64,000 bases of DNA from Psammoneis japonica (Eukaryota), in assembly GCA_008632985.1 (NCBI GenBank), contig QPGO01000247.1, forward strand, positions 1 to 64,000, in the 5' to 3' direction. Below, one piece after another: positions 50,930-62,899 of this stretch. Made by a program: the position numbers and the translations under genes. The stretch's first letter is position 1; each line of letters opens with the position of its first letter. The notes beneath the pieces were generated by a model, which saw only the letters and a list, made by a program, of their open reading frames with translations, did no database searches and was not told the DNA's origin.

Positions 50930-52409
50930 GACATTTTGTGCAAATTTTGTTCACAATGTCGGGGACTGGCCCGCGTGCCGCAAGGCGTGGTGTCCAGGGT
51001 GCCATGCTTCGAGCGCAAGCACAACGTTCCATCTGGGTGGAGTCCTTCAACCCGACCAACAAAGCGACGATGGAGCGCAGCTCGGCAAGGATGCCGCTCG
51101 ACTTGAGGGCAACGCATGGTTTCGGAAGCCCCAGGACAAACACAAGTTCACCCGAGCACACATGGGAGACCATCTCATGGTGGCCTTTGAGTGCGACTCT
51201 TGCATGTTTCACAAGCTGCATCACAGGGACCCGGGGACCTCCTCTCCACGAGACAAGATGGCGCCAGTGTGCATCAGGCGAGTGAATCTGGACGCACTTT
51301 GGAGCAGGGAGACCACTGCGGTGGAAAACAACGCCTCCAAGGTGGCTCGGGGATTGGCCCCATCGGAGCGGCTTGGGCTCAATGGCCCTCATCTGGAGCC
51401 AGGGCCTCTTCCGTCTTATGACCATTGTGGCCATGAGGTTGCGATGCAGATTGTCCTGGCCTCGACCTCCCCGGGACGCTGCTCAGAGTCTTACACTCAA
51501 TTTGACACCATCAGGAAGCTTCGCACCGCGCACTCCAATCAGGCAAGGGCATCAGCCTCAGCCAATTCACGAGCCCTTGCTTTAGCGGATCTTGAAGGGA
51601 AGCAATGCCTTCGGATTTGTGAAGACCCCTGCACCTCCTTGTGGTTCCAAAGGTTCATGACAGGATGCAAGCGACGAATGGGCCAGGACTGGAGACCTGA
51701 CAGGGCCATTTCGGTCCAGGTCATGCAACACCTTCTTCCCAGGCTCGAAGAGAAGTTCCTTTGGGCCACGACTGCTGGGGATCGGTTCAGGTGCTTGATT
51801 GGGGGCTTCTGTTTCTCCGCGAGTTTCACATTGTCCCTTCGGGGCCCAGAAGGATTGCTCATCGACTTGGGAGCTTTGAGGGAGCACCTCCCCCTCCATG
51901 AGTCGCGCGCAGTGATCCCGCTGCTCGGTCGGGTCAAGGGAGAACATGGGGAGCGGCAGCACCTTCTTCCAAGTGTGAATGTCACTGGATCCGGAATCCG
52001 GTTGCGACAATGGGCCCAAGCGGTGGCAGCCTTACAGGCCTCGAGAGGACGGACCCTGGGCCCCGCCATGTCCGATGCGGGAGGCAAGGTTGTCCCCACT
52101 CGGGACTTGAACTCCCTCCTTCATTTCGCATTGTCAGAGCTGTTGGACGACCACCCAGCCCTCTTTGCCGCTGACATTGCCTCCCACACTGACATCGAGG
52201 ACAAGCATGATGTGAGCAGGTCGTTCCGGCGGGGGTCGGATTCCCAAGCCATCGCCTGGAAGGTCTCAGAAGATGACATCGACATTGTGAATCGATGGAA
52301 GAAGAAGGAACGGGCAGGAGCAGCGAGGCCCACACACAAGATGAGGCAGCATTGTGCTGACATCTCACTCCTTCTTCCGTCTTTTTTGAGATGCACACAG
52401 GAAATGTGA
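50930..52409 (+). pseudogene. Tyrosine recombinase of the YR retroelement; the expected catalytic Tyr position reads Cys
   Basis: SLRGPEG (R), GRVKGE (K), RSFRRG, NRW, MRQHCAD (expected HYAD); start approximate. Confidence 0.85.
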
Positions 52410-53318
52410 GTCACGTTCCTCGACTTGTCTCGACTGTTCATTCCTCGAGATTTTTCCTTTCAGGTGGCCACTGCCCGGGAGTTCTCATCGGGGGGGATTT
52501 GAGCTCAGCTTTGCTGGTGCGACCACGGGAGTCTCCTGGTGAAGTCTAGAAGGTTTCCTCCTACGATCCACTCTCAACGACGCGCTCCTGCGGAGTCACA
52601 ACAATTGCGTCTGGCATTGCCTTCGACTCCGGTTCGAGACTCACCTCTTGCGGGGCACCGACGTCGCGCAATGCCAAAGGCACCCCGCACTGGGCTCAGC
52701 CGGAAGCGCCCGGAGCAGTTCCCAGTGGGTTCCATTCATGAGCCCTCGAGCTAGACTCGAGACCCTGCGGAGGGCATGGGTGTCACCCAACCCCCCTTGT
52801 GCGGAGCAGAGTGTCACCGAAAGCTCTGCTCTGTGAGTCTCCTGAGTGTTCTAACACCAAGTTGCTTCTCAGTGGTTCTTGGCTCGGCAGTCTAAGTCTG
52901 GCCCAGATTGGAGTCGGTGCCGCACTGTTTCAAATCCTCCTCACACCCAAGTTTAGATGGAGACGTGCCGTGCGATGCAAGACTCCCCAACTGACTAGAC
53001 CTCAGACTTGTGCCTCTTCCAGAAGCGGGCACTTCTGGACCAAGATGGCCGGTCATGGTGACCGGTCAAATCTGTCGGCCATTTGCTTTTCACTTTTCCA
53101 TCTTTGTTGAGACAGGAACCCTGATCAATGTGACTGGATCATTCCAAAGCACTGGAAAAGCTTCTTTTTGCAACCCACCCACCACTCCCTGGATTTGAGC
53201 TCAGCTTTGCTGGTGCGACCACGGGAATCTCCTGGCAAAGTCCAGAAGGTTTCCTCCTGCGATCTGCTCTCGACAACGCGCTCCTGCGGAGTCACAACAA
53301 CTGCGTCTGGCGTTGCCT

Positions 53319-53742
53319 TCGAGGGCTCGTGAATGGAACCTGCCAGGAACTGCTCCGGGCGCTTCCGGCTGAGCGCAGCGCGGGGTGCCTTCGGCATTGC
53401 GTGACGTTGGCACCCCGCAAGAGGCAAGTCTCGAACCGGAATCAAAGGCAATGCCAGACGCCATTGTTGTGACTCCGCAGGAGCGCGTCGTCAAGAGCAG
53501 ATCGCAGGAGGAAACCTTCCAGACTTTGCCAGGAGAGACTCCCGTGGTCGCACCAGTGAAGCTGAGCTCAAATCCAGGGAGTGGTGGGTGGGTTGCAAAA
53601 AGAAGCTTTTCCAGTGCTTTGGAATGATCCAGTCACGTTGATCAGGGTTCCTGTCTCAACAAAGATGGAAAAGTGAAAAGCAAACAGCCGACAGATTTGA
53701 CCGGTCACTGTGACCGGCCATCTTGGTCCAGAAGTGCCCGCT
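53319..53742 (-). repeat. Inverted copy of the A/B terminal repeats of the YR element, forming a fold-back
   Basis: Reverse complement of ~53021-53322 plus further B1 sequence (~52623-52749). Confidence 0.9.
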
Positions 53743-55274
53743 GTAGACCGAGCCTAAGGGTGGTCGGTTGCCACTTTTTTAGCTCGAATTCGGCCGAACA
53801 GCTCGTGTTTTGCATGATTTTTCCTGAATTTCACCGTGCTTCACCGTGGTGAAAACAACAAGCCATAAGTCTGTGACGGAGGTGGTCCGTCTACCAACTC
53901 TCATTTATTTTATGTTTGTCATGTAACAAAGATTGTACACACATGAAAAGTTGGTAGACGGCAAACTACGTTTTTGAGAAACATCGATGATTGTCATCAT
54001 CGTCGTGCTTCGGTCGCGGTGCTGATGGTTCTCGTTTTCGTGCGCGATCGGGTGTGACTGTGAATAATTCTTGTATTCAAAAATAAACACTATAAAAAAC
54101 CTTATTCAAATGCAACGGTAATTTTAGGATAAACGCGGGGATGACCCCCCCTAAGACGGACGGTGGCTCAAAATTTGCTCTACAGAGCTTTCTACACAAA
54201 ACATGCCAGAAAATGTGCCGTTCCGACGATGATCGATTTCATCGGCGCATCGACCACTGTGCCTTACACCGTTCAGTGGTTGTTCAGATGCTCGCTGTTG
54301 AAGCGCACCATGGTGTTAGAACGGAGAAAATTGGCAAACATTTGATTGATTTATCCCCGAGACTGACCAAGTGCAAAATCGTCACTTTTTCGGCAGGTGC
54401 TGACATGTGTCGTTGATTGTCGTCGCATGTTCCGCTCCGTTGCGCCCTGTAAGTTATGACATGGAAACTTGTGCATGTTTTCGTTGTTGCCTTGCAATGG
54501 CATTGTCTTTCTTGTGGCACAACCATTGTTTCTGTCGTTCGTAACAAATGGCTTTGCATTTTTTGCCAGAAATGTGCTCACTCACGGATTGGGCTCTTCC
54601 TCGTTGTCACGCAGGTTCTCAGTCCATGTGATGCCTTGGTGTTGTTTGTTGGTGTCTGTGTGAGACGTGGTTTGACCACAGCTCTGAGATTCGAGGCAAA
54701 GACAGTCTGGGGTCTCATTTTTGGTTGGGCGTCGCTGTTTTGTGACATTTTTGGAGATTTTTGGACGGTTGTGTCGATTTCTTACCGCTTGGGTAGATTT
54801 GAGTGCATTGGCTGTGCTCATTTAGTGACACTGAGTCAAGGAGGTGAGCTCATGTGACAACATTGTCAACTGTTGGCATTCAAACTCACTCAATGGGGCT
54901 TGCACTTCGCGCAGGATTTCATCAGTTCGCGACAGTGTGGGTGCCTCTAGACTTGGGATGCAACAACACACTGTGTAGGATGGAGAGTTCAGGACTCTCT
55001 TGAGGTTGTGCAATGCAACAGAGGATGACAAGAAGTGGTTTTGGGACAATGAGACATGCCAAAGACACGAATTGTGAGAAGATCTCACGAGGGATTGGAG
55101 ATGACATTGTGACCCAACGGTCATGTGTGTCACTCCGATTGCTGTCGCTAGAAGACTCAATGGACATTTCTTCCGGAAGAAGAGATCCATGACCGGAAGC
55201 GTCATCCGTGAATCAGACTCGGTTGTTGACTCGTGACTCTCCCTCTCAACCGAAAAGAGAAGGAGAACTGTCAG

Positions 55275-58200
55275 TCACCAGCCCATGAGGGCTTTGCGAC
55301 CAGTGCGGAAGAGATCAACAGTCAATCCTTCAGCAAACTGGTCAGCAAGCTGTGCAGCTGAGCTCACAGGCTCAATTTTGATCTCCAAAGCCTCAACTTT
55401 AGTGTGAAGCCAATGGTGGGGAATGCCGATGTGCTTGGTTCGTGGGGACAATTTTGGCACACGGGCGAGTTGGAGGCAGGCAGCATTGTCTTCATACACA
55501 ACGGATGCTGGGAGGTTAGCAGAGTCAATGGGAGAATCCTCAGTTCCGTCGTTGGCGTGTCGGAAAGCCTTCGAATGTGTCGAAATATCGGTCTGTCTGT
55601 CCGGCTGTCCGAAAACGAGCGCGTTGATTTCCTTCACGATCTCGCGAAGGGGGATGAGATCACGCATCGCTTGGGAGAGGGCGACATGCTCGGCTTCCAT
55701 GGTGGAGAGTGCGACGAGGGTCTGCAACTTGGACACCCAGACAATCGGACATCCTGCACAACAAATGACACATCCCGCACGTGACTGAACAGACGTGGGA
55801 TCTTGTCCATCTTCAACACTGAAGAGTCCCGCGAAATCAGCATCAACATGGCAGTCGAGTCGTTGATCGGCGGTTGGAGTTGGGATGAGTCCTTTGTCGG
55901 CCGCATCCTTCAGGTGACGAAGAATGCGCTTGATGGCCACAGCGTGGGAGGCCTTGGGTGCGCAGGAGAACCGTGCGACTTGATGGGTCACGCAAGCAAT
56001 GTCCGGGCGGCTGTTGGACGCTAGACACATCAGCATGCCGACCACGGAACGGCAGTCATGAGGCTCATCGAACGGTGGCCCGTCGGCATCGCTGCCAGCT
56101 GGAGCAGGCAAGGCAGGAGTGGGTGCGCCGTTGCACTCAGTCATCTGTGCGGTGCGGAGAACTTTCTCAATTAGGCCGGGTTGGGTCAGGAGGAATTGGC
56201 TGTCTTCGAGCTTTTGAATCTTGATGCCTGGAAAGTTGCCGACTTCGCCTTCATCACGTAGATCAAAGACATGGCGTTGCTCATCATCAGAAACACCCAA
56301 CTTGGCAATCTCTGCTTCCAAGGCTTGGGCCGATGCGCCGGCGAACACGGTGTCATCAACATGTGCCACACATGACACACCCTTTTTGAAATAAAGACAA
56401 GGGTCAATGGCGGATTGAATCCATCCTCTTTCGAGCAATCCGTCCCTCAGCTTTTCATGGAAGCACTTGGGAGACTGGCGTAGGCCGCACAGGCCTTTCA
56501 ACAATTTTGGCACCAGATCGGCGCCCGATTTTGGCTGGAAACCCTTGGGAGGCTCTACATGGACCTTCTCCTTGATGTCAGCTTGGCAGAAGGCTGCAGT
56601 GCAGTCCACTTGACGTGCAGTCCAACCTTCCTTGAGCACCGTGGTGAGGAGAAGGCGCATGGACGACCATTGCACTGCCGGCGCGCAGGTCTCGAAAAAA
56701 TCGATCCCGTGTTTCTGCAAATCGCCGCGAACGCAATGTCGTGCCTTGCACTTCAAGGGCGCACCATCCGGGAGTCGTTTGAGTTTGAAAGCCCATGTGC
56801 TGGGTGGCACATTCACATCTGCCGTTCTTGGCACCATTTCCCATGCACGTCGGTGGAGCAGCGCGTTGGCTTCAATTTTCACAGCCTTGACCCACTCTTC
56901 GGATTCATCACTGCGCATGGCCTCGTGTGAAGAAGGCATGTCGGGATCTTTTTGCTTTTTAGCAGTTGCATGTACCCTGGGATCGTTGACATTGTAGGTT
57001 TCCGTCTCNNNNNNNNNNNNNNNNNNNNNNNNNNNNNNNNNNNNNNNNNNNNNNNNNNNNNNNNNNNNNNNNNNNNNNNNNNNNNNNNNNNNNNNNNNNN
57101 NNNNNNNNNNNNNNNNNNNNNNNNNNNNNNNNNNNNNNNNNNNNNNNNNNNNNNNNNNNNNNNNNNNNNNNNNNNNNNNNNNNNNNNNNNNNNNNNNNNN
57201 NNNNNNNNNNNNNNNNNNNNNNNNNNNNNNNNNNNNNNNNNNNNNNNNNNNNNNNNNNNNNNNNNNNNNNNNNNNNNNNNNNNNNNNNNNNNNNNNNNNN
57301 NNNNNNNNNNNNNNNNNNNNNNNNNNNNNNNNNNNNNNNNNNNNNNNNNNNNNNNNNNNNNNNNNNNNNNNNNNNNNNNNNNNNNNNNNNNNNNNNNNNN
57401 NNNNNNNNNNNNNNNNNNNNNNNNNNNNNNNNNNNNNNNNNNNNNNNNNNNNNNNNNNNNNNNNNNNNNNNNNNNNNNNNNNNNNNNNNNNNNNNNNNNN
57501 NNNNNNNNNNNNNNNNNNNNNNNNNNNNNNNNNNNNNNNNNNNNNNNNNNNNNNNNNNNNNNNNNNNNNNNNNNNNNNNNNNNNNNNNNNNNNNNNNNNN
57601 NNNNNNNNNNNNNNNNNNNNNNNNNNNNNNNNNNNNNNNNNNNNNNNNNNNNNNNNNNNNNNNNNNNNNNNNNNNNNNNNNNNNNNNNNNNNNNNNNNNN
57701 NNNNNNNNNNNNNNNNNNNNNNNNNNNNNNNNNNNNNNNNNNNNNNNNNNNNNNNNNNNNNNNNNNNNNNNNNNNNNNNNNNNNNNNNNNNNNNNNNNNN
57801 NNNNNNNNNNNNNNNNNNNNNNNNNNNNNNNNNNNNNNNNNNNNNNNNNNNNNNNNNNNNNNNNNNNNNNNNNNNNNNNNNNNNNNNNNNNNTGCCCCCC
57901 TTCCAACGGATGGATGCGTGGAGAAGCATCGCTCTCGCCATGTTGGAGACGGAGCGAATGCCGCGTTCTGTGACGCCGTTCTGATGGTGGGCATTGGTTC
58001 CGCAAAAACGTAGACGTTGTTCGTGCTGTCGCATGTGTTGCACAAAAGCATTGGCCTTGAAAGCGCCAGAATCGGCAAGAAATTCTTGGATGATGACGCC
58101 GTGGTCCATCGCGTGCTTTTCAAACGCTTGCTTCGCTCGCACCGTTTCCACAGCAGAGAAACCAAGTTGGTGTTCAACATGCAGGTAACCGGAGGCATGA

Positions 58201-61200
58201 TCCACAAAAATGCAGCCTCCTTTGCATTGCTGGGACGAGGCCTTCCCGCAGGAGTCGCAGGTTCGGCCGAGGAGACGGGATTCGAAGTGATCCACGCTGA
58301 CGGCTTGGCCTGGGCGTAGATGCTCGGTGCATGGCACGCCATCGTCTTGACGACGAGCTCAGAGCCGTCCTCGTTGTGGAAAACCCAGGAGACGGGTCCG
58401 ATGCCGGCGATGGTTGAGCCATTTGCTAGACCCCCAAGCTTCAATGGGCCACCAGGGATCGTCAGAGGTCGGACAAAGTCGTTTTCATTGCAAGCAATGG
58501 CCAAGGATGCGCCAGCATCGCATGTGATGGTGTGGCGCTCATGTGCCAGGCTCAGCAAAGCTTGCGGGTTGGCGGCGAGTTGTGCTAAAGAACGTTGGCC
58601 TGTCAATGCCTGCACAGAGGCATGAGTGGGACAGGCTTCGGTTCCATCAGTAGCTGCCTGGAGAAGCTTCACAGGGTCTTGCCATGGAGTGGTGTCCACG
58701 AAACCAAACTTGGTGGACAGCTCGTCGAAACGAAAATAGTCCGGAGAGAGCTCCTCAACCGCATCAAAGCAGTGGCTCGGCTCGGTCGGGAGCGGGCCGA
58801 GGGCTTCCTCTGAATCACAGGTGTCGAAGCAGGACTCGGGGTCTTCTAGAGCTGGAGGGACACAGCGGCCTGGGGAAGAGCATGCGTCGTTCTCCCAGAG
58901 CTGCGTGAATTTCTTGCTCAGACAATGGTCCGGATCGAGCTCCACAAATTCGGTGAGCACTTGTTGCGCCTTGATCTTGTTGTGTTCCACCAAACTGCCC
59001 GGATCTGACACTGTCTCATCGTCCAGTTCTTCAATGATCGAGTGGACCTGAGAGCCAGCTTTGGAGAAGCGAGAGGGGACATTGGAGAATGGATGCGTGG
59101 GAAGCTGACCGTTGAAAACAGACGCCCAGACCATGACAGCTCCAGTCAGCACCATCCAGGTAGAGGGGAAACCGTGAATGGTTGGGATGAATGCCTTGCG
59201 GCGTGTACGACGAGGTAAGACAGGAATCGGCGCACAGCAAATGTGCAGTGCCATTTCCCAGAACATGGCAAACAGCCAGAAAACTCGGAGCTTCAAGAAG
59301 TTCCAGAAGAGCTCAAGACGAGAGCTCGGCGTTGCCTCCTCGACGCCACAATCAACATCTTGGGGTTCGGGATCGTAAAATTCGAAACCGCGACACTGGG
59401 TGCTTGGAGGTAAGTGCTCGTAGCTGTCTTCGAAAGGTGGGATGCTTGCCCCGGAAACGAGATCATCTGACACGTCGTCAGACAGACCTTCCACGTGAGT
59501 TGCGATCGTGTCATAAAACACGTCCGGATTTTGAATCTCATGCACAGCACAGGCCGGAAATGGCTCGACAGCTGACGGCAGGGAGTCAAAAGAGGAGTGA
59601 GCGTCGGAGTGCTCGGAGCAATCGTCAGCGTCTTCGGGGTCAACCGTTTCAACCAAGATGGGAGCGGGTTTGGCCACGGCAGTCTCCCTCTCGGCCGATG
59701 GAGCAGGAGTGAACGTGACGGTCGTAGTCACTGGAGTCGAACTCAAAGAGTCGTCCACAGGTGCACACCACATGCCGCAACAAACCAGCTTGTTAGGGTC
59801 AGAGGGTTCATCTGTAGGCGGAGACGTCGTCTGCTCGGGAGGACCAAAAGGAATGCCCGAAGAGGGGTCCGACACAGCAGATAAATTTGCCGCAGCGGTG
59901 GTTTCGGTTTTGACAGACGGTTTCCCGGTGTGTTGAGCGGAGGAGTGGCCTTGACACATGCCCTTCTTGCCCGTTTCCTTGTTCACACACTTGTCGCACC
60001 AGTGCCAGGTCGTGCCTTTCTCGTCAGTGACAGTGGCACCTTTGTGAACGAAACGCCAGGCCGGCTTGGGTGGTTTCTTGGAAGGGTTGGTCTTCCGGAC
60101 ATCCGGAGGGTCATCCTTGGACTTGTCCGCCGTGCCCTTTTTGTCCTTCTTGCATTGCTCCTTGCAGGTGGGACACGTGCGTTTGGTGCACCCAACCTTG
60201 CCACAGCCGTGGCAATGCTTTTCCGAGTTGTCCTTGGCGAGGTTGGATTCCGGGAGCTTGGCTGCTGAGGCAGGCCAATCTTCATCGCTAATGAGTTCGC
60301 CATGGGTCTTGGTGATCCAGCCAATGAGGCCAACAGGTCCAAGATCCGCACAGTCGGCATCCTTGGGGACTTCTGCCGGGTCACGCAAGCAACATTTGCG
60401 CTCCAAGCGCTTGACGGAGTCGAGCTTGGCAAAAACTTGACGATTGAAAAACTCGGAGGATGTCTTTGATGCCTTAGATAAAATGGTGGACCCAGTTTCA
60501 ACTGGCAACGCATGGTCCGTCTGCATGATCTTGAGCGGGCGCAGAGCTTCGGTTGCAAGCTCGGTGCAGCCCTCGCCAGGGCAGGTGTCCAGAGTTAAGT
60601 CGTTCAACTTTTCCTTGGCGGCCTTGACGTCAACCAGAGCACTGGCATTGCAGGCATCCAGAGCCATCATAAATGAGACAGACCCCGCAAGATCCTTGTA
60701 GTTCTTCAAGTGATTAAACTTGGCTTCAATCTTTTCACGGAAGGTTTCGGTGATGCGCGACTTGACGATGAGTTGTGATGAGCCGATGTCATCGATTTCA
60801 TGCTGATCGTAGCCTTCGTCACCTGTGGCCGCCACACGGGTCTCACATTCCTTCTCAAGGTCTTTGACAGTGAAGGCATGAAGATGATCAAAAAGGCACA
60901 TGACCTTGCCGTCGACTTTCTTGAGATGGTAGAAAGTTTCTTGTCCGTGCGACTCGATTAAGTCCTGAATGGTCTTGACGAAGTGGTCTTTGTCCAGTTC
61001 AGTGCTGGAACCGTTGGATGGCTCAATCTGGCCGTTGAACTTGGATGTGGTTGCCGAAGCGAGTTGATCTCGGAGAGATCGCTCGATAGAGTCGACAGCT
61101 TTCGGATGGCGACGTTGCGAGGCAAAATGGCAGGTGCGGGTGTCGGTCTGCTCGCACTTGTTGTTCAGAGCCGAACCACCCAGATGCACTCCATGAGAGT

Positions 61201-61309
61201 GGTGGATGCCGCCGCGAAGCGGCGTGGGGATCGCAGGAGGGTTGGTCGAGGTTTGCATCTTGGCGAAGGCCTCAGCAAACATCTTGACGGTGTCAGGATC
61301 CATGGACAT
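55275..61309 (-). pseudogene. Copia gag-pol; frame change and probable deletion between protease and integrase (~58330)
   Basis: Zn knuckle CHGCGKVG; CDAGAS protease; VSVDHF, FVDHAS, ADSGAF, HHQNGVTER integrase; WAFKLKR, HVDD RT; HVDADFAG, YEDN, QLADQF RNase H. Confidence 0.93.
57009..57892. other. Assembly gap (884 N)
   Basis: Run of N. Confidence 1.
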
Positions 61310-62537
61310 GGTTGTGGATGATTCGACACAGAGGATCGATTAGCAGGTGGGGATTGCGACATAGATGATCGCCGTTGGATTGCGACATAGAAGATCGCCG
61401 TTGGATGGGATGTCGTCTGTAACGAGACGAACGAGTGGCAGCAACTCCGTTACGAGTTGATGCCGGTGCGTGGATTGGGGTCGTAACCACTTGGGATGCA
61501 ACAATGCACTGTGTAGGATGGAGAGTTCAGGACTCTCTTGAGGTTGTACAATGCAACAGAGGATGACAAGAAGTGGTTTTGGGACAATGAGATGCGCCAA
61601 AGATGCGAACTGTGAGAAGATCTCACGAGGGATTGGAGATGACATTGTGACCCAACGGTCGTGTGTGTCACTCCGATTGCCATCGCCAGAAGACTCAACG
61701 GACATTTCTTCCGGAAGAAGAGATCCATGACCGGAAGCGTCATCCGTGAATCAGACTCGGTTGTTGACTCGTGACTTCTGGCAATGGCATGAGACAAACA
61801 CCGTCACAGCGACAAGCACGTGCACACAGGAGACACAAAAGAATGTGTGCAAAGGTTAATTGGCAAGTCGGTGTTGCAATTTTGCTCATAATTTGCTTCT
61901 GTGACTCAACAATTGCAGTTTTTGTTTTCGCCTCTAGCAAGATCTCCCACTTTAAGACGCAGCGCGGATCGAAAACACAGGCTGATCAGTGGGCTTGGTG
62001 GGGATTCAGCAGCATTCTTTGGTGCACCTCTCGGTGCTCAGTGGCACTGTCGTGTCTCTTCCTTGGCGTTAATTGCCGGTGAGAATATTTCTATTTTTTG
62101 CATTGATGTTTCCAATTTTGTTGCCTCTCTTGAATCCTGTGTCACGGATGTTCTCACTTCTTGCACCCTCCCTTCTCTTTTTGGCCTCCCATCATGCGGC
62201 AACTGCTGGTGGACGACTGCCAGCTCAATGACCTGGCGTGATAGTTCATAGGTCGTGGTTCGATGTGTGGCTAGCGCGATCGAGCCGAGAGAAAAGGATC
62301 GACACATCCGATTGTGAATGATGGAATGAGGAGCTGTGTGGCAGTTGCGCAACTACAGGGCTTTGTCATGGCAACTCGAAACATCCCAATGCCACAAAAG
62401 ATTCATTCTACAGTGCTAGATAGCCTTGGGAGTCGTCGTTCATGCCGATAACAGCAATGAGACGATGCGCTTGCGGCATGTCCGGAAAAACGGCACCGTA
62501 ACAAACGGCCTACATACGACCCTGGTACATCGTCCGT

Positions 62538-62628
62538 CTTACTTCCGCGAGAGTCTATGAGGAGACCTTCGGGTGCGTGCGAGCGCGCGCGCGAAGAACG
62601 GTCGACGCATAGACTCACGATGGAGAGT
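62538..62628. repeat. TpA-retaining copy of the 91-bp repeat at 36178-36268
   Basis: Direct alignment. Confidence 0.92.
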
Positions 62629-62899
62629 GACTGTACTGTGTAGTCGTGTAAACAAACTTCCGGAAAAATTGAACTTTCGCTCACAGGTAACTGTACTGTA
62701 CAGTACGCACATGTCACAAAGCCAACTGCCAACTGGCCATCATCTTTTCCACAACATGCTCATGGCGAACGAACGGCATACAGTACCACAGCGCAGCTAC
62801 TCTCTACTCTAGTAGAGAGCGGCTACCGGTAGTTTTCGCATAAGTCACCTCACTTGGCAAATTGAAAAGTTTTTGGAAAGAGCGTCTCGTTTGGCTATC

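Larger units (their letters stand above)
40211..51106 (+). pseudogene. pol of the YR retroelement (RT, RNase H, C-terminal adenine-methyltransferase-like domain), split by the Copia insertion
   Basis: IRMVCNGT, DLDLGDMF.NF, ERWNRLFMG, TFVDDLR; GWAMSG|EEHASW rejoins across the insertion; RNase H GFADASG..G, SSNWKEL, FMDNS, HVSGKRMIAQGTDGASRG; WIWAPPP...FVCPRL....W. Confidence 0.88.
37091..53322 (+). mobile_element. Tyrosine-recombinase retrotransposon (DIRS order, Ngaro/PAT-like split direct repeats A1...B1-A2-B2), carrying two nested insertions
   Basis: A1 37091-37328 matches A2 52934-53171; B1 from 52495 matches B2 from 53190; gag, RT/RNase H, methyltransferase-like and YR ORFs lie between. 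Confidence 0.92.
54951..61776 (-). mobile_element. Ty1/Copia LTR retrotransposon with 288-bp LTRs, TSD tctag/tctgg, internal assembly gap
   Basis: LTRs 54951-55238 and 61489-61776; PBS GGTTACGACCCCA; PPT next to 55238; gag-PR-IN-RT-RH motifs. Confidence 0.95.

Noticed and set aside
56879..58337. Long ORFs spanning X runs
   Set aside because: Their length is inflated by the N gap, and frame continuity across it is unknown
760..62250. Alternative genetic code or classical RIP as the cause of Tyr loss
   Set aside because: Host genes use TAY normally and non-coding LTRs and a TSD show the same change; RIP would increase TpA rather than deplete it
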